NCBI GenBank assembly: GCA_965233185.1
Contig: CBDDSA010000199.1
Coordinates: 595 to 64,594, forward strand
Source: an uncultured bacterium
GTDB taxonomy: Bacteria > Pseudomonadota > Gammaproteobacteria > Burkholderiales > SG8-39
DNA: 64,000 nt
Direction: 5' to 3'
Shown: positions 1 through 8,773 of the stretch, one piece after another
Layout of the letters: each line of letters starts with the position of its first letter
How positions within the stretch are numbered: position 1 is the first letter of the stretch
Notes under the pieces: generated by a model
Told to the model about the DNA's origin: nothing
Seen by the model: the letters and a program-made list of their open reading frames with translations, nothing else
Databases searched by the model: none
Made by a program: the position numbers and the translations under genes

Positions 1-642
1 AGACCCATGAGATCACCGGCAGCAGCGCGACCGCGGCGAGCGCGCCGCGCCACCCGGTGAACTGCAGCGCAAGCCCCGCCACGCCGAGGCATATGGCGTA
101 GCCGGCGCTCGATCCCGCGATGAAATAACCCATGGCGCGACCGCGCCGCTCGCACCCGATATGGTCGTTGATGAGCGCCAGCGCCGGCGTGTACGTTCCG
201 CCCTGGCACAATCCGGTAAAGGCATGCAGCCAGAAAGCCGACCAGAACCCGTCGGCGAAAAGCACGAACGCCCAAGGGCTGACGCACGCGGCGATGCCGG
301 CAAGAATATAGGCGCGCTTCGCGCCGAAGTGATCGGCTAGAAGCCCACGATGAAAAGAGACGTGAGGTAGCCAAGGTGGAACGCCGACTGGATGAGCCCG
401 GCTTCCTTGGCGGACAGGCCCCACTCCGCTTGCGTGAGCGGCAGAACCGACGAATAGGCGACGAACCACGAAGCGGCAAGAACACGGCTCGCGCAAAGCG
501 CCGCCAGCCAAGCGCCCGACCCGGGCAGGAAAGGGGTCAGGGCTCTTCGTCTTAAACGGCGGCAGCCAGCCGGACCGGGATGCGCCGGGCGCCGAAGGGC
601 TTGCCGAACTTCTGGAAGCGGCCGGCAAGCGCGCTGCCACAC
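1..642 (-). pseudogene. MFS transporter, N-terminal part (runs off the window at 1), with the reading frame broken near 335-340
   Basis: ORF 337..642 ends ...SAFHLGYLTSLFIVGF*. The adjacent frame continues directly with LADHFGAKRAYILAGIAACVSPW...LCQGGTYTPALALINDHIGCERRGRAMGYFIAGSSAGY. MFS motif A (G-x-L-A-D-x-F-G) is therefore split by a 1-nt frame change at GGCTTC/CTAGCC. No ATG/GTG/TTG lies between the upstream stop (552) and TM1; the only start is the ATG at 642, which overlaps amrS by 91 nt. Confidence 0.6.
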
Positions 643-1625
643 GACTTGCAGGCGCCGACTTCATCCAGCCGGTAGGCGCGGATGTCATACCAGTCGCGCA
701 CGATGACCGCCTGCTCGCACGACGGGCAATAGGTCGAGCCGCCGGCCTCGTCGTGCACGTTGCCCGTGTACACGTAGTTCAGGCCGGCGCGCTGCGCAAT
801 CTCGCGGGCGCGCGTAAGCGTGGCGGGCGGCGTGGCGCGGATGTCCGTCATCTTCCAGTCGGGATGGAAGGCGGTGAAGTGCAAGGGCACATCCGCGCCC
901 AGGTTGCCCCGGATCCACTTGCACTGCATCTTGAGCTCCTCGTCGGAGTCATTCTTCCCCGGGATGAGGAGCGTGGTGATCTCGGTCCACACGTTCGTCT
1001 CCTTGACGAGGTACACGAGCGTGTCCAGCACCGGCTGCAGGCGGCCGCCGCAGACCTTGAAGTAGAAGTCGTCGCTGAAGGCCTTGAGGTCTACGTTGGC
1101 CGCGTCCATCTTCGCGTAGAACTCCCGCCGCGGCGCCTCGTGGATGTAGCCGGCGGTAACGGCCACCGCCTGCACGCCTACGGCATGGCAGGCGTCGGCG
1201 ATATCCATGGCGTACTCGGCGAATATCACCGGGTCGTTGTAAGTGAAGGCCACGGACTTGCAGCTCAACCGGATCGCGGCCTGCGCGATGGCCTGCGGGC
1301 TCGCCTCGTCCTGCAGGCGGTCCATCTCGCGCGACTTGGAAATGTCCCAGTTCTGGCAGAACTTGCAGGCGAGGTTGCAGCCCGCGGTGCCGAAGGACAG
1401 GATGCTGGTGCCGGGATAGAAGTGGTTGAGAGGTTTCTTTTCGATCGGGTCGACGCAAAAGCCGGACGAGCGGCCATAGGTGGTGAGCACCATGCGGCCG
1501 TTCTGCATCTTGCGCACGAAGCACAGTCCGCGCTGACCCTCGTGCAGCCGGCAATCGCGCGGGCACAGGTCGCACTGGATGCGGCCGTCATCCAGCCGAT
1601 GCCACCATTTGCCTTCAATATCCAT
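552..1625 (-). CDS. amrS: AmmeMemoRadiSam system radical SAM enzyme
   Basis: ORF 552..1904 trimmed to the in-frame ATG at 1625 (MDIEGKWWHRLDDGRIQCDLCPRDC...). It has the radical-SAM CxxxCxxC motif GCNLACKFCQNW and C-terminal CPSC...CKSC cysteines. It sits next to Memo/AMMECR1 genes. Confidence 0.88.
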   Translation of the reverse strand: MDIEGKWWHRLDDGRIQCDLCPRDCRLHEGQRGLCFVRKMQNGRMVLTTYGRSSGFCVDPIEKKPLNHFYPGTSILSFGTAGCNLACKFCQNWDISKSREMDRLQDEASPQAIAQAAIRLSCKSVAFTYNDPVIFAEYAMDIADACHAVGVQAVAVTAGYIHEAPRREFYAKMDAANVDLKAFSDDFYFKVCGGRLQPVLDTLVYLVKETNVWTEITTLLIPGKNDSDEELKMQCKWIRGNLGADVPLHFTAFHPDWKMTDIRATPPATLTRAREIAQRAGLNYVYTGNVHDEAGGSTYCPSCEQAVIVRDWYDIRAYRLDEVGACKSCGSALAGRFQKFGKPFGARRIPVRLAAAV

Positions 1626-2967
1626 CGAACTTGACCACCCGATAGCGGTATAGCTTGCAGCCTGCGAGCCGCGTGTCAACCGGCAGCCCGGCCTTCCTGA
1701 GGAGCTCGTTGAGAAAGGCCCGCGTGGCCGGGATGCTCTCCCAGACCTGCGGCAGGAAGGTACCGCGCCGGCCCTGCGCCTCCAGAATAAGCCCGTCCTC
1801 CCCCGGACGGATCTGGGCCAGCAGGTCATCCTCGTCGGCAAAGCGCAGCGGCTTGGGCGTCGAAAGCAGCGAGATCTCCAGCTTGCACTGCGGCCATTCC
1901 TCACTCGCCAGCGCGGGAAAGCGCGGATCGCGGAACGCCGCCCCGAGCGCGTTCTGCGCCACGTCGTCGCCCAGAGGCCGCGCCGCCTGCAGGCTGCCGA
2001 TGCAGCCGCGCAGCTGGCCTTTCTTTTTCAGCGTGACGAAGGTGGCGCCGGCCTGCCTGAGCCACGCGGCTTCGACGGCGGCCACGCTTTTGCGGAACAG
2101 CTGTCCTTCGATGGCGCCATGCGCGATGCCCAGCAGCACCCCGCCGGCGTGGTCCGGCGAGAGGACCGCGGAGTCCTCGTACAGCGCGAACGACGAGTAA
2201 CCCACCACCCGCCCCTTGCCGCCGGCAGTGTCGCCGGAATTGCAGGCAGCGAGCTGCCTGATCTGCAGGTTTCTCCCCCTGGCGAAGGACAGCAGGCCGT
2301 TCAGCGGCGTCGCACCGCAGGCCTCGTCGTGGTCGATGTCGCTCGCGCATGCGGCGATGCGCGCGAGCGTCGCCGCATCGATCCGGCGGGCATCCTCGTA
2401 CGCGTGGTAATGCGACATGTCGGTGGAGATCACCGCCAGCGTCTCCGGGCCGCCCCACAGGCGCTCGATGACCTGCGCCACTTCCTCGGCGCTCGCCACG
2501 CCGACGGCGAACGGCACGACCGCGAAGTCGCCGAGCACCTTCTGCAGGAACGGCAGCTGCACTTCGAGGGAGTGCTCGAGCGCATGCGCCGGATCGCTCT
2601 GGACGACCTGGGGGAGATCCTGCACCGCGCGCAGCGCAGCGGTGTCGACCGGAATTTGGCCGAGCGGCGTGGCAAAGGCGGCAGATCCGGGAATTGCCAG
2701 GCCACGCACCGGAACTCTATGCACGGGGCCGAGCAGCAAGACGCGCTTCACGATGCCGCGCGCCGGGCCCAGCTCGTCGTAAGCGCTCGCGGCCACCGGG
2801 CCGGAGTAAATGTATCCAGCATGGGGCACGACCAGCGCCTTGGGGAATCCCAGTCGCGGCGCGAGGTGTTCGACTCCGCCGAGGAGATCATCGATCTCCG
2901 CAGCCAGGCGTCGTGGATCCCCTGGGTAGAACATCCCCGCCACGGCGGCGGGTCGAATGGCTGCCAT
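1615..2967 (-). CDS. Fused AmmeMemoRadiSam protein B (Memo-like) / protein A (AMMECR1)
   Basis: 450 aa. The N-terminal half carries MFYPGDP...VVPHAGYIYSG...STDMSHYH, which is Memo-like. The C-terminal ~180 aa carry GATFVTLKKKGQLRGCIGSL...RRGTFLPQVWE, which is AMMECR1-like. It overlaps the amrS start by 11 nt. Confidence 0.88.
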   Translation of the reverse strand: MAAIRPAAVAGMFYPGDPRRLAAEIDDLLGGVEHLAPRLGFPKALVVPHAGYIYSGPVAASAYDELGPARGIVKRVLLLGPVHRVPVRGLAIPGSAAFATPLGQIPVDTAALRAVQDLPQVVQSDPAHALEHSLEVQLPFLQKVLGDFAVVPFAVGVASAEEVAQVIERLWGGPETLAVISTDMSHYHAYEDARRIDAATLARIAACASDIDHDEACGATPLNGLLSFARGRNLQIRQLAACNSGDTAGGKGRVVGYSSFALYEDSAVLSPDHAGGVLLGIAHGAIEGQLFRKSVAAVEAAWLRQAGATFVTLKKKGQLRGCIGSLQAARPLGDDVAQNALGAAFRDPRFPALASEEWPQCKLEISLLSTPKPLRFADEDDLLAQIRPGEDGLILEAQGRRGTFLPQVWESIPATRAFLNELLRKAGLPVDTRLAGCKLYRYRVVKFDGY

Positions 2968-2975
2968 GCCCTTAT

Positions 2976-3464
2976 TTATGGCCGGGATCCCGCCGCGTCA
3001 AGCTGTTTGAGCACCCCTTCCAGGGCGTGAATAACCGATTGGCGGCGCACGCTTTCCCGGTCCCCGGCGAAGCGGCAGGTCTGCGTATTCACGGCTCCCT
3101 TGCGCGCCCAGCCGAAGCAGACCATGCCGACCGGCTTGTCCGCACTGCCGCCGCCCGGACCGGCGATGCCCGTAATCGAAACAGCGACCGTACCCCTGCT
3201 GTGAGTGAGGGCGCCAAGCGCCATCTCCCGCGCCGTTTCCTCGCTTACCGCGCCGTGGCGCTGCAAGGTGCGTCGGCTCACCGCGAGGAGTTCCTCCTTC
3301 GCAGCGTTCGAATAGGTGACGAACCCGCGCTCGAACCACGCGGAGGAACCGGCGACGGAGGTCACGACCTGCGCGACCCAGCCGCCGGTACAGGACTCAG
3401 CCGTCACGAGAAGCGCGTTAGCCGCGTTCAGGCGCTCGCCCACCTTCCTCGCCAGGTCGTCCAT
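2976..3464 (-). CDS. CinA C-terminal domain protein (nicotinamide-nucleotide amidohydrolase PncC-like)
   Basis: ORF 2976..3692 trimmed to the ATG at 3464 (MDDLARKVGERLNAANALLVTAESCTGGW...ITGIAGPGGG). The start overlaps the pgpA stop (ATGA). Confidence 0.85.
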   Translation of the reverse strand: MDDLARKVGERLNAANALLVTAESCTGGWVAQVVTSVAGSSAWFERGFVTYSNAAKEELLAVSRRTLQRHGAVSEETAREMALGALTHSRGTVAVSITGIAGPGGGSADKPVGMVCFGWARKGAVNTQTCRFAGDRESVRRQSVIHALEGVLKQLDAAGSRP

Positions 3465-3916
3465 CAGAAGAACAGCCGCTTGGCCAAGGAGAGGACGAGC
3501 AGCGTGTAGCCCGCCGCGAGCAGGTCGTCGAACATCACGCCGAAGCCGCCGATGTAGCGCCGCTCGAACCAGCGGATCGGCGCGGGCTTGGAGATATCGA
3601 AAAACCGGAATAACCCGAAGGCGGCGGCCTGCCACGCCAGCTCGCGCGGCACGATGGCGAGCACCAGCAGGAAAGCGACGAACTCGTCCCACACCATCGA
3701 GCCATGGTCATGGACCCCGAGGTCCTGGCCCGTGACGCCGCAAGCCCAGACTCCGATGAGGAACAAACACGCGATGGTCACGAGCAGGACGCTGGCGGGG
3801 GCGCCGAGAAGCGCCCAGCCGACCGGCCATGCGAGCAGGGTGCCGAAGGTGCCCGGCGCGACGGGCGCGCGACCGGCGCCGAAGCCCAGGGCGATCACGT
3901 GCGCCGCGTGCCTCAT
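3464..3916 (-). CDS. pgpA: Phosphatidylglycerophosphatase A
   Basis: ORF trimmed to the ATG at 3916 (MRHAAHVIALGFGAGRAPVAPGTFGTL...VWDEFVAF...FRFFDISKP...GGFGVMFDD). It follows thiL, as in many proteobacteria. Confidence 0.88.
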   Translation of the reverse strand: MRHAAHVIALGFGAGRAPVAPGTFGTLLAWPVGWALLGAPASVLLVTIACLFLIGVWACGVTGQDLGVHDHGSMVWDEFVAFLLVLAIVPRELAWQAAAFGLFRFFDISKPAPIRWFERRYIGGFGVMFDDLLAAGYTLLVLSLAKRLFF

Positions 3917-3926
3917 TGTGCGGCGC

Positions 3927-4862
3927 TCATGTGCCGAAGTGGTCGAAGCCGCCGCGGTACGGCAGCGGACGGCCGCCCTCGTCGAGCACCGACAGCTTCG
4001 GCTCGCCGGGCGTGATGCTGCCGATGCGGGCGAGGGGCATGCCGATCTCTCGGGACAAGCCCTCCAGGTCCCCGCGCCTCTCGGCGGCCGCGGTGAACAG
4101 CAGCTCGTAATCGTCCCCGCCGGAGAGCACGCAGTGCTTTTCGAGCTCCGGGTTGCCCAATTTCCTGAGCGACGCGGCGCGCGGCACCTGGGCATAGCTC
4201 ACGGTGGCACTCACGCCGGAGCGCTCGAGGATATGCTTCAGGTCTCCGGCAAGGCCGTCCGAGACGTCGATTGCCGCGTGCGCCAGGCCGCGCAGCCGCT
4301 CCCCCAGCTCGATGCGCGGCTCCGGCCGGTGCAGCCGCCGCGCGGCATCGGCAATCTCCGGGTGCACCAGTGCGAGGGCGGCGCCGCCGAGCTCGCCCGA
4401 AACCCAGATGTCGTCCCCGGGCTTGGCGCCGGCGCGGAATAGCGCGAGGCCGGCGGGCACCTCGCCGATGGCAGTCACGGCGATGCTGATCACCGGCGAG
4501 CGCGTGGTGTCGCCGCCCACGAGGTCCACGCCGTGGCGCCCGGCAAGTCCGAAGAATCCTTCCGAAAATGCCTCGAGCCACGCTTCCTCGACCGTCGGCA
4601 AAGAGAGCGCGAGCAGCGCCCAGCGTGGCGCCGCGCCCATCGCGGCCAGGTCCGAAAGATTTACGGCGAGCGCCTTGTGGCCAAGCGCGCCGGGGTCGGC
4701 TCCGGGCAGGAAGTGGCGCCCCTCCACCAGCATGTCGGTGGTCACGGCGAGCTCGAGTCCGGCGTCCGGGCGCAGCAGGGCGCAGTCATCGCCAACGCCG
4801 ACCAGCGCCCGCTTCGCGGGCCGGTCGAAGTAGCGGCGGATGATGTCGAACTCGGAAGCCAT
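3927..4862 (-). CDS. thiL: Thiamine-monophosphate kinase
   Basis: 311 aa. MASEFDIIRRYF...VGVGDDCALL...TTDMLVEGRHF...GGDTT match the AIR-synthase-related fold signature of ThiL. It sits in the nusB-thiL-pgpA context. Confidence 0.93.
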   Translation of the reverse strand: MASEFDIIRRYFDRPAKRALVGVGDDCALLRPDAGLELAVTTDMLVEGRHFLPGADPGALGHKALAVNLSDLAAMGAAPRWALLALSLPTVEEAWLEAFSEGFFGLAGRHGVDLVGGDTTRSPVISIAVTAIGEVPAGLALFRAGAKPGDDIWVSGELGGAALALVHPEIADAARRLHRPEPRIELGERLRGLAHAAIDVSDGLAGDLKHILERSGVSATVSYAQVPRAASLRKLGNPELEKHCVLSGGDDYELLFTAAAERRGDLEGLSREIGMPLARIGSITPGEPKLSVLDEGGRPLPYRGGFDHFGT

Positions 4863-4889
4863 GAACAGGGGACGTATCCCCCGTACCCC

Positions 4890-5318
4890 CTATGCGTTGG
4901 TTCTGGTACGGGAGAATTCGTCGGGGCGCAGGTCCGCGGCGATTTTCTCCAGCACGCCGTTGACGAAGCGGTAGCCGTCGGTCGCGCCGAAGCTCTTGCC
5001 CAGCTCCACGGCCTCGTTCAGCACGACCTTGAACGGGGTCTCCGGATGCGCCGTGAGCTCGAAGCTGCCGATATAGAGGATCGCCCGCTCGATCGGCGAG
5101 AGCCTCGCAAACTCCCGGTTGAGGTGGGGGCTGATGATGGCGCGCAGCTCCTCCGCGCGGCCCAAAACCCCCCGCAGGACGCTTTCCACGAACCTGGCAT
5201 CGGTGTGCTCGAAGCCCTCGATCGAGCGCGCCTGCTCCAGCGGATCGTCGCCGGACAGCTGCCAGGCGTACAGGGCCTGCAAGGCGATTTCCCTGGCTTG
5301 TCGCCTAGCCCTCTTCAT
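4890..5318 (-). CDS. nusB: Transcription antitermination factor NusB
   Basis: 142 aa, MKRARRQAREIALQALYAWQLSG.... It is downstream of ribH. Confidence 0.95.
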   Translation of the reverse strand: MKRARRQAREIALQALYAWQLSGDDPLEQARSIEGFEHTDARFVESVLRGVLGRAEELRAIISPHLNREFARLSPIERAILYIGSFELTAHPETPFKVVLNEAVELGKSFGATDGYRFVNGVLEKIAADLRPDEFSRTRTNA

Positions 5319-5718
5319 CGATGCGTTCCTTGAGCCTCGTCATCTCGACAGCCACCTTGACGGCCTCGGCGCCCTTGTCGAGGCGCGCCAGCGCCTGTGC
5401 TTCGTCCTCGGTGGTCAATATGCCATTAGCAATCGGCAGGCCGAACTCCAGCGCCACGTCCATGACGCCCCGCGCCGACTCGCTCGCCACGATCTCGAAA
5501 TGGAAGGTTTCGCCGCGGATCACGACGCCGAGCGCCGCGAGCGCATCGAAACGCCCGGACTGTGCCATCCATTGAAGCGCCAGCGGAATCTCCAGCGCCC
5601 CGGGCACGGACACCACCGTCGGCTCGGCGCCGAGGTCGTGGGCAGCGGCCTTGGCGCGCTCGAGCAGCTGCGAGGAGAGCTCCTCGTTGAACCGGCTGGC
5701 CACGATACCAAGGCGCAT
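5305..5718 (-). CDS. ribH: 6,7-dimethyl-8-ribityllumazine synthase
   Basis: ORF 5305..6006 trimmed to the ATG at 5718 (MRLGIVASRFNEELSSQLL...VPGALEIP...VIRGETFHFE...NGILT). The N-terminus is shorter than in E. coli RibH. Confidence 0.9.
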   Translation of the reverse strand: MRLGIVASRFNEELSSQLLERAKAAAHDLGAEPTVVSVPGALEIPLALQWMAQSGRFDALAALGVVIRGETFHFEIVASESARGVMDVALEFGLPIANGILTTEDEAQALARLDKGAEAVKVAVEMTRLKERIDEEG

Positions 5719-5723
5719 GGTGT

Positions 5724-6833
5724 TCAGCGCCGCGGCAGCTCGGCGTAACCTGTGATCTCCAGGCCGAAGCCCGTCATGCTGGGCATCTTGCGCGGGGTAG
5801 CCATGAGGCGCATGCGCCGCACCCCGAGGTCGCGCAGGATCTGCGCGCCGATGCCGTAGAGCCGCAGGTCCATGCCGCGGCGCGGCGGCCGCATTTGCGC
5901 CGACAGGCGCGCTTCCAGCGCTTCCGTAGTCTGGGTGCAATTGAGCAGCACCATGACGCCCGATCCGGCCTCGCGGATGGCGCGCAGCGCCTCGCCTACT
6001 CCCCATGAATGCGGGCTTTCGCCCGCATCAAGCAGATCGATGATCGAGAGCGGCTCGTGCACCCGAACCAGCGTTTCCTTCTCTGCCTCCGGCACCCCGA
6101 ACACCATCGCAAGGTGGATGGCGCCGAGCGCAAGGTCGCGATACGAGACCAGGCGGAAATCGCCCCAGGCGGTGACGATATCGCGCTCCAGCGCGCGCTG
6201 CACCAGCGACTCGTTGCGGCTGCGGTACTCGATCAGGTCCGCGATGGTGCCTATGCGCAGCTTGTGCGCGGCGGCGAACTCGATGAGATCCGGCAGGCGT
6301 GCCATGGTCCCGTCGTCGCGCATGATCTCGCACAGCACCGCGGCCGGCGTCAGCCCCGCCAGCTTCGCGAGATCGCAGCACGCCTCCGTGTGTCCCGCAC
6401 GCACGAGCACGCCGCCCGGCTGGGCGATCAGCGGGAACACATGTCCCGGCTGAACGATGTCTTCGGGCTTCGCCTGTGCGGAGGTGGCCACCTTGATGGT
6501 CAAGGCGCGGTCATGCGCTGAAATGCCGGTGGCGATCCCCTCGGCAGCCTCGATGGAAACGGTGAAGTTGGTGCCGTGGCGCGAGCGGTTTTGCTGCACC
6601 ATCGGCCGCAGGCCGAGGCGCCGCGCATGCTCCTCGGTGATCGGCATGCAGATCAGGCCGCGTCCGTGCTTGGCCAGGAAGTTGACCTTTTCGGGCGTGA
6701 CGAAATCCGCGGCAAACACGAGGTCGCCTTCGTTTTCGCGGTCCTCGTCGTCCACCAGCACGACGATCTCGCCGGCGCGAATGGCGGCGACGATCTCGGC
6801 TACCGGGCTGATGGCAGTGGCTTCCCTGCGCAT
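5724..6833 (-). CDS. ribBA: 3,4-dihydroxy-2-butanone-4-phosphate synthase fused to a degenerate GTP cyclohydrolase II-like domain
   Basis: 369 aa. The N-terminal half is RibB-like (VLVDDEDRENEGDLVFAA...HGTNFTVSIEA...RAGHTEA). The C-terminal half aligns to RibA, but the zinc-cysteine stretch reads VRVHEPLSIIDLLDAGESPHSWG, with no Cys. Confidence 0.88.
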   Translation of the reverse strand: MRREATAISPVAEIVAAIRAGEIVVLVDDEDRENEGDLVFAADFVTPEKVNFLAKHGRGLICMPITEEHARRLGLRPMVQQNRSRHGTNFTVSIEAAEGIATGISAHDRALTIKVATSAQAKPEDIVQPGHVFPLIAQPGGVLVRAGHTEACCDLAKLAGLTPAAVLCEIMRDDGTMARLPDLIEFAAAHKLRIGTIADLIEYRSRNESLVQRALERDIVTAWGDFRLVSYRDLALGAIHLAMVFGVPEAEKETLVRVHEPLSIIDLLDAGESPHSWGVGEALRAIREAGSGVMVLLNCTQTTEALEARLSAQMRPPRRGMDLRLYGIGAQILRDLGVRRMRLMATPRKMPSMTGFGLEITGYAELPRR

Positions 6834-6854
6834 GGCCCGAATTCTATGCTTCTT

Positions 6855-7232
6855 TTACTCGGCGGTTTCGGCTTCCTGGCCGCCCGTGCGCTCGCGGATA
6901 CGGGCCGACTTGCCCGAGCGCTGGCGCAGGTAGTAGAGCTTGGCGCGGCGCACTGCGCCCTTGCGCTTCACCTCGATGGAGGCGATGAGCGGCGAGTGCG
7001 TCTGGAAAGTTCGCTCCACGCCTTCGCCGGAGGAAATCTTGCGCACGATGAACGAGGAGTTGAGGCCGCGGTTCTTCTTGGCGATCACCATGCCTTCGAA
7101 GGCCTGCACGCGCTTCCTTTCGCCTTCCACCACGTTCACGCTGACGATTACCGTGTCGCCCGGGGAAAAATCCGGAATAGTCTTGGCGAGACGCTTGATT
7201 TCTTCCTGCTCGAGTGTCTGGATCAGATTCAT
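6855..7232 (-). CDS. rplS: 50S ribosomal protein L19
   Basis: ORF trimmed to the ATG at 7232 ([30 protein letters not shown]...). The start overlaps the trmD stop. Confidence 0.95.
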   Translation of the reverse strand: MNLIQTLEQEEIKRLAKTIPDFSPGDTVIVSVNVVEGERKRVQAFEGMVIAKKNRGLNSSFIVRKISSGEGVERTFQTHSPLIASIEVKRKGAVRRAKLYYLRQRSGKSARIRERTGGQEAETAE

Positions 7233-7972
7233 GACTTCGCTCCGCTTTCTTGCCGGAATTCCTCCAGCAGCCTGCTTTCCTCGTCGTTGAGCCTGCGTAC
7301 CGCCAGCAGATCCGGCCTTCTGAGCCAAGTCCGCCCCAGCGCCTGCTTCAGCCGCCAGCGCCGGATGTTCTCGTGGTGCCCCGACATCAGCACCTGCGGC
7401 ACCTTCTCGCCCAGGTAAGTTTCCGGGCGCGTGTACTGCGGGCACTCGAGCAGCCCGTCGGCGAACGACTCCTCGATCACCGAGGCGGGCTCGCCTACCG
7501 CGCCGGGCAACTGCCGGACCACCGCGTCCATCAGCGCCATCGCGGCCAGCTCGCCGCCCGAAAGGACGAAATCCCCGATGGAGATCTCCTCGTCGACGCG
7601 CCGCCTGAGCAGCCTTTCATCGACGCCCTCGTAGCGCCCACACAGCAGCGTCACGGCGCGCTCCTTCACCATCTCCATCACCCTCGGGTGATCGAGCTTC
7701 CTGCCTTGAGGCGACAAGTAGACTACCCTTCCGCCTCCCGCCGTCCTCGCCGCCTCCAGCGTCCTCTCGAGCGGCTCGGCCAGCATGACCATTCCCGGCC
7801 CGCCGCCGTACGGACGGTCATCCACCGTCCGGTAGTTGTCGGTGGCGAAATCGCGTGGATTCCACGTCGTCAGCGACCACAACCCCGCTTCCAGCGCCCG
7901 TCCGGTGATGCCGCTCCCGGCGACTGCGGAAAACATCTCCGGAAACAGCGTCACTACGTCGAAACGGATCAC
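7229..7972 (-). CDS. trmD: tRNA (guanine37-N1)-methyltransferase
   Basis: GTG at 7972 gives [14 protein letters not shown]...[13 protein letters not shown]...[11 protein letters not shown]. The GTGA overlaps the rimM stop. The upstream 124 codons of the ORF are Arg/Gly-rich shadow sequence. Confidence 0.93.
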   Translation of the reverse strand: MIRFDVVTLFPEMFSAVAGSGITGRALEAGLWSLTTWNPRDFATDNYRTVDDRPYGGGPGMVMLAEPLERTLEAARTAGGGRVVYLSPQGRKLDHPRVMEMVKERAVTLLCGRYEGVDERLLRRRVDEEISIGDFVLSGGELAAMALMDAVVRQLPGAVGEPASVIEESFADGLLECPQYTRPETYLGEKVPQVLMSGHHENIRRWRLKQALGRTWLRRPDLLAVRRLNDEESRLLEEFRQESGAKS

Positions 7973-8436
7973 CAGTCCGCTTCCCACTCGACCCGAACCT
8001 TCTTTTTCGGCAGGTCGACTTCCTTCACAATCGCCGCTACCCACGGAATCAACCGCGTCCGCTCGCCGGCGACCTCGATGACATCGTGCGCGCCGTTCGA
8101 ATACGTCCGCGTCACCACGCCGAGCGCTGCGCCCTGCTCGTTCACCACCTCGAGCCCGATCAGATCGGCGAGGTAGTACCTTCCATCCGGCGGCTCCGGC
8201 AGCGCCTCTCGCCGCACCGCAACCGCCTGTCCCTTCAGCGCCAGCGCCTGCTCGCGCGTCTCGATTCCGGCCAGCTTGCCGACTACCGTAGCGCCATGGA
8301 CCCTGGACTCGCCTACCGCGTAGGCCTCGGCACCGATCCACCATTCATTTGCTCCGGCCAGGTCTTCCTGCGACCCGGACTCGGGCGCCACTTTCACCCA
8401 TCCGCGCACGCCGTACGATCCGGCCACGCGGCCCAT
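7969..8436 (-). CDS. rimM: Ribosome maturation factor RimM
   Basis: The ATG at 8436 gives [16 protein letters not shown].... It lies 13 nt after the rpsP stop. The longer GTG start at 8511 would overlap rpsP by 62 nt. Confidence 0.9.
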   Translation of the reverse strand: MGRVAGSYGVRGWVKVAPESGSQEDLAGANEWWIGAEAYAVGESRVHGATVVGKLAGIETREQALALKGQAVAVRREALPEPPDGRYYLADLIGLEVVNEQGAALGVVTRTYSNGAHDVIEVAGERTRLIPWVAAIVKEVDLPKKKVRVEWEADW

Positions 8437-8449
8437 CGCTACCAGCCGA

Positions 8450-8701
8450 TCAGGCGGCTTTCTTCGCAAACTGCTTGACCAGACGCTTCGCCGTCGGCGA
8501 GAGCTGGGCACCCTGCCCGGTCCAGTGCTTCACCCGCTCCAGGTTCACCCTTAACGCCTCGCGGCCCTCGGGGGCTTTGGGGTTGTAGAAGCCCAGGCGC
8601 TCTATGAACTTGCCAGAAGCAGCGCGCCGCGAATCGGCGACCACCACGTGAAAGAAGGGGCGCTTGTTGGCGCCGCCGCGCTGCAACCGAATCACGACCA
8701 T
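8450..8701 (-). CDS. rpsP: 30S ribosomal protein S16
   Basis: 83 aa, [41 protein letters not shown].... Confidence 0.96.
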   Translation of the reverse strand: MVVIRLQRGGANKRPFFHVVVADSRRAASGKFIERLGFYNPKAPEGREALRVNLERVKHWTGQGAQLSPTAKRLVKQFAKKAA

Positions 8702-8732
8702 TGGAATGCCCCGTCATCGCGAAAAGGCGCGG

Positions 8733-8762
8733 ATTATACGGGAGAAATCAGGCCTTTGGGAA
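8733..8762 (-). promoter_or_regulatory. Candidate sigma70 promoter for the rpsP operon
   Basis: On the minus strand there is TTCCCA (8762..8757), an 18-nt spacer, then a perfect TATAAT (8738..8733). It lies 32 nt upstream of the rpsP ATG and 12 nt after the cyclase stop. Confidence 0.45.
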
Positions 8763-8773
8763 GCTTGCTGGGA

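Noticed and set aside
6834-6854. I looked for an FMN (RFN) riboswitch upstream of ribBA and a TPP riboswitch upstream of thiL.
   Set aside because: The intergenic gaps are 21 nt and 27 nt, which leaves no room for either aptamer.
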